From NCBI RefSeq assembly GCF_009914755.1, contig NC_060935.1: 64,000 nucleotides of DNA; one strand, 5' to 3'. A program made the translations under genes and the position numbers. Source of the DNA: the human T2T-CHM13v2.0 reference genome, Homo sapiens. The notes below the pieces were generated by a model. The model was not told the origin of the DNA. It worked only from the letters and a program-made list of their open reading frames with translations, and searched no databases. Every line of letters starts with the position of its first letter. The stretch's first letter is position 1. Positions 1 through 37,502 of this stretch are shown in pieces.

Positions 1-339
1 CATCATTCACCGTAGATTCCAAGTTCAGGCTCAAAAACTTGCAGCTTCAGCGGCCAGGGTGGGGGCGACGCTCCAGGTGGGGTGGGGAAGGCACAGCAAC
101 CGCCAGTCACACTCTCCCTCGTGGAGTCAGACCCCTGCACCTGGTTGGAATCCTCCTTGCCGTGTTGCCTTGGGTAAGAGACTTGACCTCTCTGAACAGG
201 GGATGGTGATTATGTTACCTATCTGAACATCCCCACTGTTTAGAGAGGGAAAATGCATAAAGCACTTAGAATCGTCCCTGGCCTGGTAGGCAGTCAGTGT
301 GAGCTGCAGTCACTGTCACCACCACTGTCTTTGTCATCA

Positions 340-835
<496 letters not shown>

Positions 836-2484
836 TCACAAAATGCCTGGCACACAGTAGGCACTCAGTAAATGGGACCCGTGGTTACAGCAGGGTGGGG
901 CTTGAGCAGAGGCAGGGTCCTGGAACCCAGGCACACAGACTGGCCACGCCCAGCTCGAGAAGCTGCTCTTGCCCCGGCCACACCGCCCTGGACGGCCATT
1001 GGTGGTGCGTGGTGGGTGTCCCTTGTTCCTAGCTGGGCGAGCTGGGGGTGGGGGTCAGCAGGAGGGCCCTGGCCTGTCGCAGGCAGCGCGTGACTCCTAG
1101 GAGGGCTTAGCCGCTCATTAATCACCTAAGCGGGGCTCAGCATTCTTGAAATGCCGGCTGAGGCCAGGGAGGGGCCTGGGCGGGGGGCTCCCGGGGACCC
1201 CAGGGCTCTGGGGCTGGGAAGTGAGGACGGCTGTTCCGACCGATGAGCACCCACTAAAGTGGCTGGCACTTCACACACCTCATCTCGTTTCATACTCAAA
1301 ACAGCCCCTTGAAGCCATAGCTGTACATGTCCCCATTGCACGAATGAGGAGACTGAGGCGCAGAGAGTGCATGTGACCTGCCCAAGGTCACTCAGCAGGG
1401 AGTGGCTGAGCCAGGATTTGTTCCTGGACCTGTCTGAGCTCAACAGGAGAGGGCAGACCCCAGACTCAGGCTCCAGAGGCCTGTGGGAGGGGCCCTCCTG
1501 CCTCAGTGGGGCTGGCCAGCCCGGGTCAGCCGTGTGGGTGGGGCTGTCCTCCATTATCGGGGTTGACGCATCTCCCACGTCAGCCCCCTTATCACCCCGC
1601 CCTCTGGCTCCCCCTGCAAGGTGACCCTGGGAGGGGAAAGGCCGGTACCTCCCCCGTCCTCCCTCATGATGCCCAAGAGCCCTGGCTGCCTTTCCTCTAG
1701 GGGCCCCTCCCCTTGGTGGGGCCGGGGCCAGCGCAGAGGGCCCAGGAGAGGGCGGCAGGCAGAGGAGTGGAGCTCTGGCGGCCATCATTCCCTGCTGGGA
1801 GGCCGGGGCAAGCCCTTCCTTCTCTAGGCTTCTGCCTCCTCTGGAAAAAGGGGGCTAAGTTCCCCCGCCTGTGCCCAACAGGGTGATGGGCATATCCAAT
1901 GAGGGTGCAGGGAGCTCTCCTGATTCTGATCCCCACTCCCGCCTGCGGCCAGGGCCTGGGTGCAGGAGACTCCCACAGCCCTGTGGGCCCCCAGGATATA
2001 TGGTCCCACTCAGCCAGGCCTCGTGCTCCTGCGTTCCTGGAGCTGGGCCATCTGGACTGACCCCTGGAGGACACGGCAGGACAGTGCCTGTTGGGTCCGA
2101 GCCATCCCATCGAGGGCAGTGGGCACCCACGGGGCTCTCGACTCAGTAAGCACCTCATTTGTGCCTCACAGCACCCCATAAGACAGAGGCACAGTGACCC
2201 CATTTGACAGATTAGTGGAAAGGACTTGTTCCCTGTCACACAGCTAGAAAGAGGCATGGCAGGATCGGCCTCTCTGTACCCAGATCCATGCCCTGGGCCC
2301 CTCTCCTCCTCTGAGACTCAAGGTGGCCTTGTGGTGGGGCGGGGGGGCATTATCAGTGCTTCCTGGAGGGGTGCCAGGCAGTGGAGGGTGAGAGCCGGCC
2401 CCCACATGGATACCTGGGTGGGAAGGAGCAGGGGCATCTGTTTTGGAGGGCCAGCCTGGGCAGGGATGGAGGGCTGGGCCCTGA

Positions 2485-23060
<20,576 letters not shown>

Positions 23061-25432
23061 GCTGCCCTCCTGAGGCAGCACCACACCAGGGACCAGGGGT
23101 GCCCAGGCACCCCCCAACACTGGATGCAATGGTGTTACACTGGAGCCCGCTGCAGGCCAGCTCTGCTGTTCACTGGCCCTACCCGAGACTGGTGAAACTG
23201 GAAGTCTTCACACTGGAGTTGCTGTTCCAGCTGGTCGCCCCTCACGGCACAGAGGGAACCTGAGAGCCAGAGACTTCTTGGGCCTTCCTGCCTGCCACCC
23301 CCTAGGGGCCAGGACAGGACCAGTTTACCTCTTTCCAGATATGGTGGTTGGAGGGCTGGTTCAGGTGCCCTGGAGGGAAGGGGAAGCCTGTGGCCCTGAT
23401 TTGTTCAGAGCCCATTCTCCCTTGCCTCCCCTTTTGAGACTGGAGCCAACCCTTTTGGAGAGAGGACCTGCCCACCTTTGAGATCAGCAGGGGGCTCGGA
23501 TCCAGCCCTAAGAGACTTGGGTGGACCCCCATGAGTCAATGGAGGGCAGACGGCTCTCCCCCTTAAAGCTGTTCCCTGGGGGATGGCTTGGTAGTGGACT
23601 TTCTGGGGTTTGCCTGTTACGCCAGACTCGGACTTCTAAGCTTTAAGTGTGGCCCAGGAGGTTTCTTCTCCCTGGGAGGGCTTGGCTCCCAAGAAGTCCC
23701 AGGGCAGCCGAGGCCAGCCCTGCCTGGGTTGGAGAAACTGACTTTGTGCCTTAAGTCTACTCAGTGCCTGGTGAAGCCACCCTCAGCCCTTCACAGGCCT
23801 GAACCAGTAGGGGCCAGTGGGCCAGGTAAGCCCTAGAGCCTTGAACCAGGAATATCCAGGAAGAGGAAATTCCCTTTGAGCCCCCAGATGGTATTGCAGC
23901 TTCACTGCCTGCGTTCCTGGGAGCGTCTGGAGCTCACAGTGATCAGTGACCACATCATTCTCTCTGAGCAGAGGAGCAGGAATCCCTCAAGCAGCAGCCT
24001 GGTCTTGGCTGGTGGGCAGATGCAAATAGCTTTTGCTGTTATTAATGAAGTAATTACTAAATGCACTTAAACCAGGGCAGGAAGGAATGGAAGGATGGAG
24101 CTAGAAAGCTCAGAGTGGGCCAGAGCAGGGGTGTGACACTTGCAAAGACAGGGCTCTGACTCTGATCCCTCCCAGGGAGCCTCCGACACCCATCCCACTC
24201 CCAACCACCAAGACCCTGGGTTAGGGAAGAAGTTGTATCTTAAGTGCCACCTTCAAGTTTCTTAGTGGTGCCTGGTGCATTCCGAGGCTACATCCAGGCT
24301 CATGGAAGGAGTGTAGTATTCATTTAGCCATGTCTGCCATGGGTCCAGAAATGGGAAAGGGAATTGCTGTCCTTGCCCTGTGGTATGCTGCCACCTCTTT
24401 GGGAAGCAGGCCTTGCCCCTGTCCCACCACTCATTCTCAGCTTTGAATGGGAGGCCTTTCTATAGTGGAGGCCTTTCCTTGAAGCCTATGAACTGCAGGC
24501 CCCCTTTTGCCATTGATCTCAAAGCACTTGTCCTCAGGATAGGGAAGAGCAGGGGGATGCAGGAATAGCAGGGATAGCTTGCTCCCAGCCCCCTCCCCAA
24601 TTTGGTTCCGTTGACATAGGAATTTTACGATTCCCAAACCATGCAGGGGCTGAGCCTTCCTTATGATGACTTTGTTCTCCCTCCCACTGGGGGAATCCTC
24701 CCTATGCCTTAAAACTGCCGAGCCCCACTCCATGTAATAGGATTCCTGGGCTTCCTCAATGGGGGTTCATGTTCTTGGACTGCGGGCCCTCAGTCCTTAA
24801 CTGGAAAGTGACCGTCCACTGCCCCATGGAGCCCATCTGGACACAGCACAGCCCCAAAACCGTTAGCAGCTGGCTCTGTTTCCAAGCCTGGGGAGGGGTT
24901 CCTCAGTGCAGGAGTTGGGGACAGGCTGGGGATCCAAGCTGCTTGAGGGGGTCAACCTTGGACCAAAGTTGCCTTAAGCCTGTGGTAAAAGGGCTTCAGG
25001 GAAGGTAAGTGGGCCACCTGCTGGAAGCTGCCAGCTGCCCGGCTGGCAATGGTGTGAGTGTCTTGGCCCTGTCCCTGCCCTGGGGTCCAGCAGGTCATCC
25101 CTCCCTTCTTCTCTCTCCTTTGGCGTTTGTTCCTGTAGTCACTGGGCTAATCTCCCCCTAGCTTCAAGCTGTACATAGGGCCTCCCAGTGCAAATCCTCC
25201 TGCCCATACCGTGCACCCTTAGAAGCCTGCGTGTGCATAGAGCGCCCCCTACTTCCCAGTTAACTCCCAGTTCTTCTCCCTGAGCTTGGTATTTGTCATG
25301 TGCCAACTCTGACTCTGAGGTGGGCAGTGAGGGAAGCAGCCCCGGGCCTGCTTGCTTCCTGTCCCCGAAATGTTCGTTTCTTCTGAAGTAAATATACATA
25401 TATAAATAAATGTATAAATACTGCTTTGTATC
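23061..25432 (+). other. MYRF: MYRF 3'UTR
   Basis: Follows TGA at 23058-23060; AATAAA at 25405-25410 in an AT-rich patch, followed by U/GU-rich sequence. The cleavage site is approximate. Confidence 0.8.
25405..25410 (+). terminator. MYRF polyadenylation signal AATAAA
   Basis: tataAATAAAtgtata at the end of the 3'UTR, just before the convergent TMEM258 3' end. Confidence 0.8.
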
Positions 25433-26044
25433 TGAGCTTGCCTCCTTGTCTCTTCTTGGGATTGGTCTGGTGGGAGAGGAGTCACCTATAAGGCTAGGGC
25501 CAATTGGAATTCAAAGTTCTTCCTGAGAAGCCTGGAATCTCTGAGCGCCTGAACCAGAGGGCCAAATGGATGCTTCATACCCCTTATCCTCTTAGCTTCA
25601 TATTGGGGCTAGGAGTGGACTCATCAGCCTCTCCCATGGCCACACCTTCCCCTCCTGCGCACCCGCTGCTGCCCACCTGCATTAAAAGTAGCCACTGAGG
25701 AGAAAAGCCTTCTTAGGGGGAGAAGCTGAGCCTGGTGAGGATGCCCCAGCACAGAGAATGGTGGCTATGTTTATGGCAGGGACTGGCCTAGGGCAGAATG
25801 GACCGATGTGGGTTCCCAGAGAAGTTTGTCCTAGAAACAATAGAAAAGGGTAGGCCCAGACCCTATCCACAGGTAAGCCTTAAATTCCAATGACAAAACA
25901 CCGGTGCTACACAAATCTCATCCCCCTTAAGTAGATCAGCAGCAGGAACTGTGAAAGGCAGATGAGAAATGGGAAAGGGAAGAGATTGGGGAAGCAATGT
26001 AGGTCCCAGCACCCACCACCCCTGCAGAATGGGCCCCAGACAGG

Positions 26045-26152
26045 ACTGCTATACATCTGCATTTATTATGAGCAGCAGGTGGGACACTTCCAGCAACAGT
26101 AAAAAAAAGTAATTTACAAAAGCAGGTTTCAGTGAAGCCATCTGGTTGTTAC
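26045..26152 (-). other. TMEM258: TMEM258 terminal non-coding exon with AATAAA (26067-26062)
   Basis: Minus-strand acceptor TCTTTTAG| at 26153 and TTTATT at 26062-26067 on +. Confidence 0.8.
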
Positions 26153-26711
26153 CTAAAAGAGGAGAGGGGTATCAAAATAAGACCAATGGCCCTTCTTTCC
26201 TCCTTCTCTCCCTGCACCCCTGTGCTCCTGGGGCAAGGGCTATTGAGCACACACCTCTGAGGATGAGCCACCAGAGCTGATTCCTAGTGGCCTGTTTGGT
26301 GGATTGTCTGCAGCAAGTTTTAAGCCCTGGATCTTGACCCCCTTTCAGCCAGCTGACTTCCCAGCAGCCTCTCCAAGTCACTGGGGTCTGACTTCTAAGA
26401 ATGTAAATGTACAGCCATGGGATGCCTGCGTCCACACTTCTAGGTGGTACATCCCAAAGGCAGATCGAGGCCTTGGGCCATGTGAGCTCAGAACTGAGAG
26501 TCACATTTGGCTCAAATCCGTATGAGGGGCAGGGAAAGAGGCACAAATGTCTAGTGTCCCTACCCATTCCACTGAGTCTGTCTCCATCAACCAAGGGGTC
26601 ATGCTGGTAAGAGCTTTAAGGACCCTGCTGACCTGACTCTGGGGAGGCTTCCCTGGGCTGTGCCTTGGAGGCTCACGCATCCATCCCATTGCAGCTCTTA
26701 CCCTTGGGTGC

Positions 26712-29475
<2,764 letters not shown>

Positions 29476-29799
29476 TTTGCCCCGCGAAGGCTAATCCGCC
29501 GCTCCGCCACCGGAAGAACACGTCGGCAGGAGCAGGCGCCTAGCACAACCGGAAAAGGAAGTGCCTCCGGCGCAAGTGGCATTGAGGGACTTGTAGTCCT
29601 GCGATTTCGGGTGTAGAGGGAGCAGGGGCCTGCGGGGACCTGGTGTGGGTGGAGTGGGGACAAGCGGTGGAGAAGGGTACGCCAGGGTCGCTGAGAGACT
29701 CTGTTCTCCCTGGAGGGACTGGTTGCCATGAGAGCAGCCGTCTGAGGGGACGCAGCCTGCACTACGCGCCCCAAGAGGCTGTGCGTGGCGAGCAGGTCA

Positions 29800-29945
29800 C
29801 GTGACGGGAGCGCGGGCTTTGGAAGGCGGCTGAACGTCAGGCCACCCGCCGCTAAGCTGAGAAGGGAGAGCGAGCTTAGGACCGCCTGCCCGGGGCAACC
29901 CCGAACCAAGCTTTAGCCGCCGAGGCCGCGTGTCCCAAAGGCCAG
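29800..29945 (+). other. FEN1: FEN1 non-coding exon 1 (5' end approximate)
   Basis: Strong donor CCAG|GTGAGA at 29945/29946 in the CpG island; matching acceptor TTTTTTAG| at 32257, 21 nt before the ATG. Confidence 0.75.
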
Positions 29946-30859
29946 GTGAGACCCCATGGGAAGCGCCTCCGGGAGCGACGGGGTCCGCTTGGCGCTGGGG
30001 GCCGTGGGGAGCCGGGGTCTGGAGTGCGCGGGATTCGCAGTCAAGAGGTCCCGCCACTTTTCCCCCTGTGAGCCTTGGGCCAGTCGCGTAAGCTCCGAGC
30101 CTCTCTTTCCTCCATTGTAGAAAAGCGGTAATAAGTTCCACCTTATGGGGTCGTGTTGTATTTTTCCTAAGACCTTGGACGAGAAACATTTCTGACACTT
30201 GAGTTGTTTAGGCCCCTTTCCTGCCTACCTGTCTGTGGGACGCCGTGAGGGGATCAAGGGCTACATGGTCTGGTCCTCAGTCCACACTCCAGCAGCGCGG
30301 CCGGCTTGAGGCAAGAGCCGAAGGGTTGAACAGGCCTGGAGAGGGGACATTAGAGGTTTCTGTCTGTTGTCTCAGTTAACCCTGGCAGCAGCCCTGAGAG
30401 ACAGGCATGGTAATCGTTCTTCTTCTGTAGACGAGAAAATAAACCTCAGTGGCTTGGTAATGTCACACGGATGGTAAATGCCGCGCCTAGATTCAAGGCC
30501 AGAGCTTTTGCCGCTGCAGTTCACAGGGGAATTATTCATATTAATCAAATGAATAATTCATTGTCAATTAATTATTAATTGATTAATAATCCAGGGATGG
30601 ACCTGGAAGGACGCGTGAGAGGATGGCGAGAGGAGGGCACAGCTAAGGAAAAGTGGGAAAAGGCGGGCCTTATTCCAGCTTTCTGTTGAGATCCCAGAAT
30701 GTAGGGTTAGGTTGGGAACCAGAACATGAAAGATCGTGATGCCATGCTGAAGTGTTTGGACTGAATTAGAAGGAAGAATTGAACAGTCATTGATGCTCTA
30801 GAAAGAACCCTGTGAAGAAAGAGTGGGAACAATGAAAAGGCCTGATGGAGTCTTTCGTT

Positions 30860-31381
<522 letters not shown>

Positions 31382-32278
31382 TAAAATATAACTAATAGAA
31401 CACAAATATTATTGCTTATGAGTTTTCCAGTTTAGTTTTTTAAAAAAAATTCTAAGTGAATGAAAGTACGGGTTTTAGTTGGAAGTAGCAAAAATCGTGA
31501 GGGTGATTTGGGAAACACTGCTATCTGGGAAACACTGAACTCTGAAGTGCAATACTCTTTTGAGCCCAGTGACTACAGCATGCCAGACCCCTAAATCAGG
31601 ACCTGGGGAGGAGCCATGGAGTTAACATTTCAGACTGAGTGGTGGCGAGAAAACGCAAAGGGAAAGACTTGAAACTCTAGCAACATTATAATAAAAGTAG
31701 AAACTCTTATGTGCTGAGGCGATGATGAAGAGAGTTTAGAGAAGCTTGTGAGAAAGCCACATCACCTCCATTCAGATATGTTTGCAATCCTTTTTCAAGG
31801 CTGCCTTATTAGTCAGGGTTCTCCAGAGACTCAAAACAAATCAGATCTGTTTGTTTAGCTGGTGTATTTGCCTGTCTTTCAGGTCTGCCATTATGGTCCC
31901 TGGACTCCTCAAGCCAGGCCAAGCATCCTGGCCTTCTGTGGTCCTTGATGGAGACCTATGTTGCAGGTTTTTTTTGTGTAATAAATAATGCTGCTACCTT
32001 AGAATATCAACAGTATCTTATTTCTCTAAGCACGTGGTTCAATTTCTGGTACTCGTTGAGCCTTACTATTGAGTAAATTCTCCTGCTAGACTGAGTTTTT
32101 TGAGAATGGGGACCTTGTTCATCTTTTTATCTTTAGCAGTGCTGACATGGTGTCCTTTTTGTTGTGTGGAATTTAGTTGAAGGCATGAAGTTGGTGAGAT
32201 AACACCAGTTATAACCTTTCTCCTTTCCTCCGTCTCTGACTTGCCTTTCTTTTTTAGTCATCCCTCCTCTGTGTTGCC

Positions 32279-33421
32279 ATGGGAATTCAAGGCCTGGCCA
32301 AACTAATTGCTGATGTGGCCCCCAGTGCCATCCGGGAGAATGACATCAAGAGCTACTTTGGCCGTAAGGTGGCCATTGATGCCTCTATGAGCATTTATCA
32401 GTTCCTGATTGCTGTTCGCCAGGGTGGGGATGTGCTGCAGAATGAGGAGGGTGAGACCACCAGCCACCTGATGGGCATGTTCTACCGCACCATTCGCATG
32501 ATGGAGAACGGCATCAAGCCCGTGTATGTCTTTGATGGCAAGCCGCCACAGCTCAAGTCAGGCGAGCTGGCCAAACGCAGTGAGCGGCGGGCTGAGGCAG
32601 AGAAGCAGCTGCAGCAGGCTCAGGCTGCTGGGGCCGAGCAGGAGGTGGAAAAATTCACTAAGCGGCTGGTGAAGGTCACTAAGCAGCACAATGATGAGTG
32701 CAAACATCTGCTGAGCCTCATGGGCATCCCTTATCTTGATGCACCCAGTGAGGCAGAGGCCAGCTGTGCTGCCCTGGTGAAGGCTGGCAAAGTCTATGCT
32801 GCGGCTACCGAGGACATGGACTGCCTCACCTTCGGCAGCCCTGTGCTAATGCGACACCTGACTGCCAGTGAAGCCAAAAAGCTGCCAATCCAGGAATTCC
32901 ACCTGAGCCGGATTCTGCAGGAGCTGGGCCTGAACCAGGAACAGTTTGTGGATCTGTGCATCCTGCTAGGCAGTGACTACTGTGAGAGTATCCGGGGTAT
33001 TGGGCCCAAGCGGGCTGTGGACCTCATCCAGAAGCACAAGAGCATCGAGGAGATCGTGCGGCGACTTGACCCCAACAAGTACCCTGTGCCAGAAAATTGG
33101 CTCCACAAGGAGGCTCACCAGCTCTTCTTGGAACCTGAGGTGCTGGACCCAGAGTCTGTGGAGCTGAAGTGGAGCGAGCCAAATGAAGAAGAGCTGATCA
33201 AGTTCATGTGTGGTGAAAAGCAGTTCTCTGAGGAGCGAATCCGCAGTGGGGTCAAGAGGCTGAGTAAGAGCCGCCAAGGCAGCACCCAGGGCCGCCTGGA
33301 TGATTTCTTCAAGGTGACCGGCTCACTCTCTTCAGCTAAGCGCAAGGAGCCAGAACCCAAGGGATCCACTAAGAAGAAGGCAAAGACTGGGGCAGCAGGG
33401 AAGTTTAAAAGGGGAAAATAA
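32279..33421 (+). CDS. FEN1: Flap endonuclease 1, 380 aa, single coding exon
   Basis: Uninterrupted [21 protein letters not shown]...; XPG-N/I motifs ([32 protein letters not shown]), PCNA PIP box QGRLDDFF, basic C-terminal tail; Kozak gccATGG. Confidence 0.99.
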
Positions 33422-34136
33422 ATGTGTTTCCCCATTATACCTCCTTCACCCCAGAATATTTGCCGTCTTGTACCCTTAAGAGCTACAGCTAGAGAAACCT
33501 TCACGGGGTGGAGAGAGGATTCTAAGGCTTTTCTAGCGTGACCCTTTTCAGTAGTGCTAGTCCCTTTTTTACTTGATCTTAATGGCAAGAAGGCCACAGA
33601 GGTACTTTTCCTTTTTTAGCTCAGGAAAATATGTCAGGCTCAAACCACTTCTCAGGCAGTTTAATGGACACTAAGTCCATTGTTACATGAAAGTGATAGA
33701 TAGCAACAAGTTTTGGAGAAGAGAGAGGGAGATAAAAGGGGGAGACAAAAGATGTACAGAAATGATTTCCTGGCTGGCCAACTGGTGGCCAGTGGGAGGT
33801 GATGGTGGACCTAGACTGTGCTTTTCTGTCTTGTTCAGCCTTGACCCACCTTGAGAGAGAGCCACCAGGAAGGCGCATCTTAGCAGATGGGAGGAACTGC
33901 TGAGAGAAGATGGGCAGAAAGCTGGAGCCCCTGGAGTTGGCTGTGTCTGTGTTTGTGACTGATTACTGGCTGTGTCTTGGGTGGGCAGAAACTCGAACTT
34001 GCTATGTAATTTGTGTCTAGTTATTCAGAGGAGTAAGATGGTGATGTTCACCTGGCAATCAGCTGAGTTGAGACTTTGGAATAAGACACTGGTTTTCATG
34101 CGCTGTTTTTGTTTTAAAGTTATGAAGAAAAAAGTC

Positions 34137-34142
34137 AATAAA
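34137..34142 (+). terminator. FEN1 polyadenylation signal AATAAA
   Basis: gtcAATAAAattc about 715 nt after the stop, followed by a GU/U-rich tract. Confidence 0.75.
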
Positions 34143-35077
34143 ATTCTAAAAGTAACCAAAATGTCATGTTCTTTGAGAACATTTGAAAATATCCCAAGTG
34201 ACCATGGCTCCAAATAGCTTTCCTTTTCACTCTTAACATGCTGTAATTGCACTTGATTAACAATGGGTGGTTTGAGAGTGGCCACAAGATGGCACCATGC
34301 TCCATAAAATGGCCATAGCAGCTAGATGGAACTTCAGCCATTAGGAGGAGGATGTTTTGTTTATTTTATTTTGCTGGGAGAGGAGTTTTAATACGTTGAA
34401 TAGATTTCTAGTCTCTCACTCCATGAGATCAAAGGAGTGCCTTTAAGAAAGCCTCACAATTTAGATCAACTACCTCATAACATCCAAGCATTTACTTTGC
34501 CACTACTTGTAAACTGAAAGCTGCCATTCAGAAACCATTTTCTTGTTCCTTTTGTAACATCAAATCCAAGATACTGTTTCCCATAGAGATGGCATGTTTT
34601 TGAGCTTTGAAAGTTTTATAATCCTGATAAAGCTTGGCCCATTTGAATGTCTGACGTTTTAGCATTCCTGTCAGGGCCATTTGAAGTTAACAGGGACACT
34701 TATGTAACTGTCCGAAATTTAAGCTGGCAATGTCTTGACAGATTAAACAGGTAGGGAGCCTGAAGACCAGTAGTTTTCAAGTCTTTTAATGGAGAAACCT
34801 ATTCTTCAAGTGTAATCTTATGTGAAACTTTAGGATGTACAGGTTCCTCTGGTTGAAGCTGGAATGGGATAAAGTTTACCCAGCAACGGCCTCATAACTA
34901 GGGTACTTTTTGAAAACTGGTGTTGACAAAAAGTTCTATCCCAAGGGCAGGTAACTTTTGAAACTGATTTTCCCAGATTATACCAAGCCACACAACTTAT
35001 TTGAGCTCTATTTTCTGATTCAGGTAGATTGCTTCTAAATCTGCAGTAATGGTGATAGGAACTAAAGACGGTAAGAT

Positions 35078-35408
35078 TTCTTTTTTTTTTTTTTTTTTGA
35101 GACAGAGTCTCTTGCTCTGTCACCCAGGCTGGAGTTCAGTAGTGCGATCTTGGCTCACTGCAGCCTCAGCCTCCTGGGCTCAAGTGATTCTCCCACCTCA
35201 GCCTCCCAAGCAGCTGGGATTACAGGCACAGGCCACCATGCCTGGATGATTTTTCAATTTTTTGTAAAGATGGGATCTCACTGTTGCCCAGGCTGGTCTT
35301 AAACTCCTGGGCTCAAGCAATCCTCCCGCCTTGGCCTCCTAAAGGCTAGGATTACGTGTGCCATTCTCTCCCAGTGCTGGGATTACAGGATGAGCCACCT
35401 TGCCTGGC
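35078..35408 (-). mobile_element. AluJ-like
   Basis: Diverged antisense Alu with poly(T). Confidence 0.8.
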
Positions 35409-35670
35409 GAAATGTTAAGATTTCTTAGGAGTTATTGCCTCAGTGCAGTAGCTCTTAATAATTAAGGGCTTATACCCTGTGGTGGTCAAGAATGTAGTGG
35501 TTTTCTTTTGTCTTTTGAAGGTAAGTTTGTCTCCTATAGAATTTTGTTAATCTGACTTTCTGTGTGCACACTGCAGGGAAGATTAATGATGCCTACAAAT
35601 GTTTTTGCTCAGAGCTGTTCTAGTTGGATGGTTAAGAGGCACTGCTCTGCAGTCAAGCTCTGAGGGATCA

Positions 35671-36185
<515 letters not shown>

Positions 36186-37103
36186 GTAAGTGTAAAAATA
36201 AAGAGAAAATAATTCAAAATGGAAAGCTGAAGGACAAAAGGGCAAGGGCATTGCCTCATGAATAGGAGGAAGTGATACGTGTGAAACTTGGTGAGATTAT
36301 TGACAATCTCACATTTGAACACGGGAGTCATCAGAAGGACTTTGCCTTGCTCTTCCTTGCCATACTTCACCCTTGCCTTGGTGTTTTCTGGAGGGTCCTG
36401 ATGTTTCTTCCTCTGCCCAATACAAAGGGGAGTCTAGTGATTCAAGAACTTAAGAGCACAGAGAGGTGAACAGTAACTCGTAGCAGAGGCACTCAGGAAT
36501 CCTGTGCACACACAGATGAACATCATGGGTTACAAATGAAGTCTTTTGGTCAAAATTAACTTTATTTTTCAACTTCATAGGGATGTGATAACAAAATTGG
36601 CACACACAAAAAGAATACTGATATTGGGCCTGATTTAAAAAATGCCTCTGGCCAGGTTGTAAAAAAGTGAAAGTAACAAAGATAAACATAGAAGTTGGAG
36701 TTGTAAAAAAGTGAGTTGGAATTCATGCTGCCATGATCTACTTGACCAGAGGCAGCTTTTCCTCTCTAAGCCTATTTTATATCTGTCAGTGGATTTGAGA
36801 TCACTCATTTTACCATTGTAACATTCCGAGCCTTTTGTCACTGTGTGTCCCTTTGTGGCCATGTAAGAGACCACACTGCTGTAGGCTGAGAAGGCCACAG
36901 TGGTTCAGGTGCTTTGAGGACTTGGTCTTGGCTCAATAGAGCCTCACTGGTGTTTGCTCAGATTGGGCAGCCTATGCCCAAAGCTACTTGGCTAAACAGG
37001 CTGGTGACACCACACCCAAAAGGTGGCAAAGAATAGGAATAGGAAGGATCAGCACCTATTTTGGAGTGAGGAAGCCAATGGAGGTACAACTCCTCAATTC
37101 TAA

Positions 37104-37275
37104 GTTTTTGTTGTTTTTTTTTTTTTTGAGACAGGGTCTTGTTCTATCACCCCAGGCTGGAGTGCAGTGGTGTGATCTCAGCTCGCTGCAGGCTTGACCT
37201 CCTGGGCCCAAGTGATCCTCCTGCCTGGACCTCCCAAAAGTGTTGGGATTACAGGCATGAGCCACTGCATCCAGC
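37104..37275 (-). mobile_element. Alu monomer in FADS1 3'UTR
   Basis: Poly(T) plus Alu monomer-like sequence. Confidence 0.75.
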
Positions 37276-37373
37276 TTGCTTCTAATTTTCCTACCCAGGC
37301 TGTTTTAAACCTAGTTCTCCAGCTAAGTAAAATGTGCCCAAATGGAAAACATCTAAATCTTCTGCAGCCCATT

Positions 37374-37502
37374 CTTCCTGTGTCTTTGTGTTGACAAACC
37401 TCTAATCTTCCATGTCTTTGTGTTGACAAACCTAACCTTCCATGTCTTTTTGTTGACAAACCTCTAACCTTCCATGTCTTTGTGTTGACAAACCTCTCCA
37501 TG
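37374..37502. repeat. Tandem repeat, ~30-33 bp x4 (CTTCCATGTCTTTGTGTTGACAAACCTCTAAC)
   Basis: Units start at about 37374, 37407, 37437 and 37469. Confidence 0.9.

Noticed and set aside
26153-26701. TMEM258 3'UTR intron as an NMD trigger
   Set aside because: The junction is only 10 nt after the stop codon, well inside the 50-55 nt rule
32966-33597. Antisense ORFs (103 and 160 aa) over FEN1
   Set aside because: Shadow ORFs from codon bias on the coding strand; no promoter or splice support
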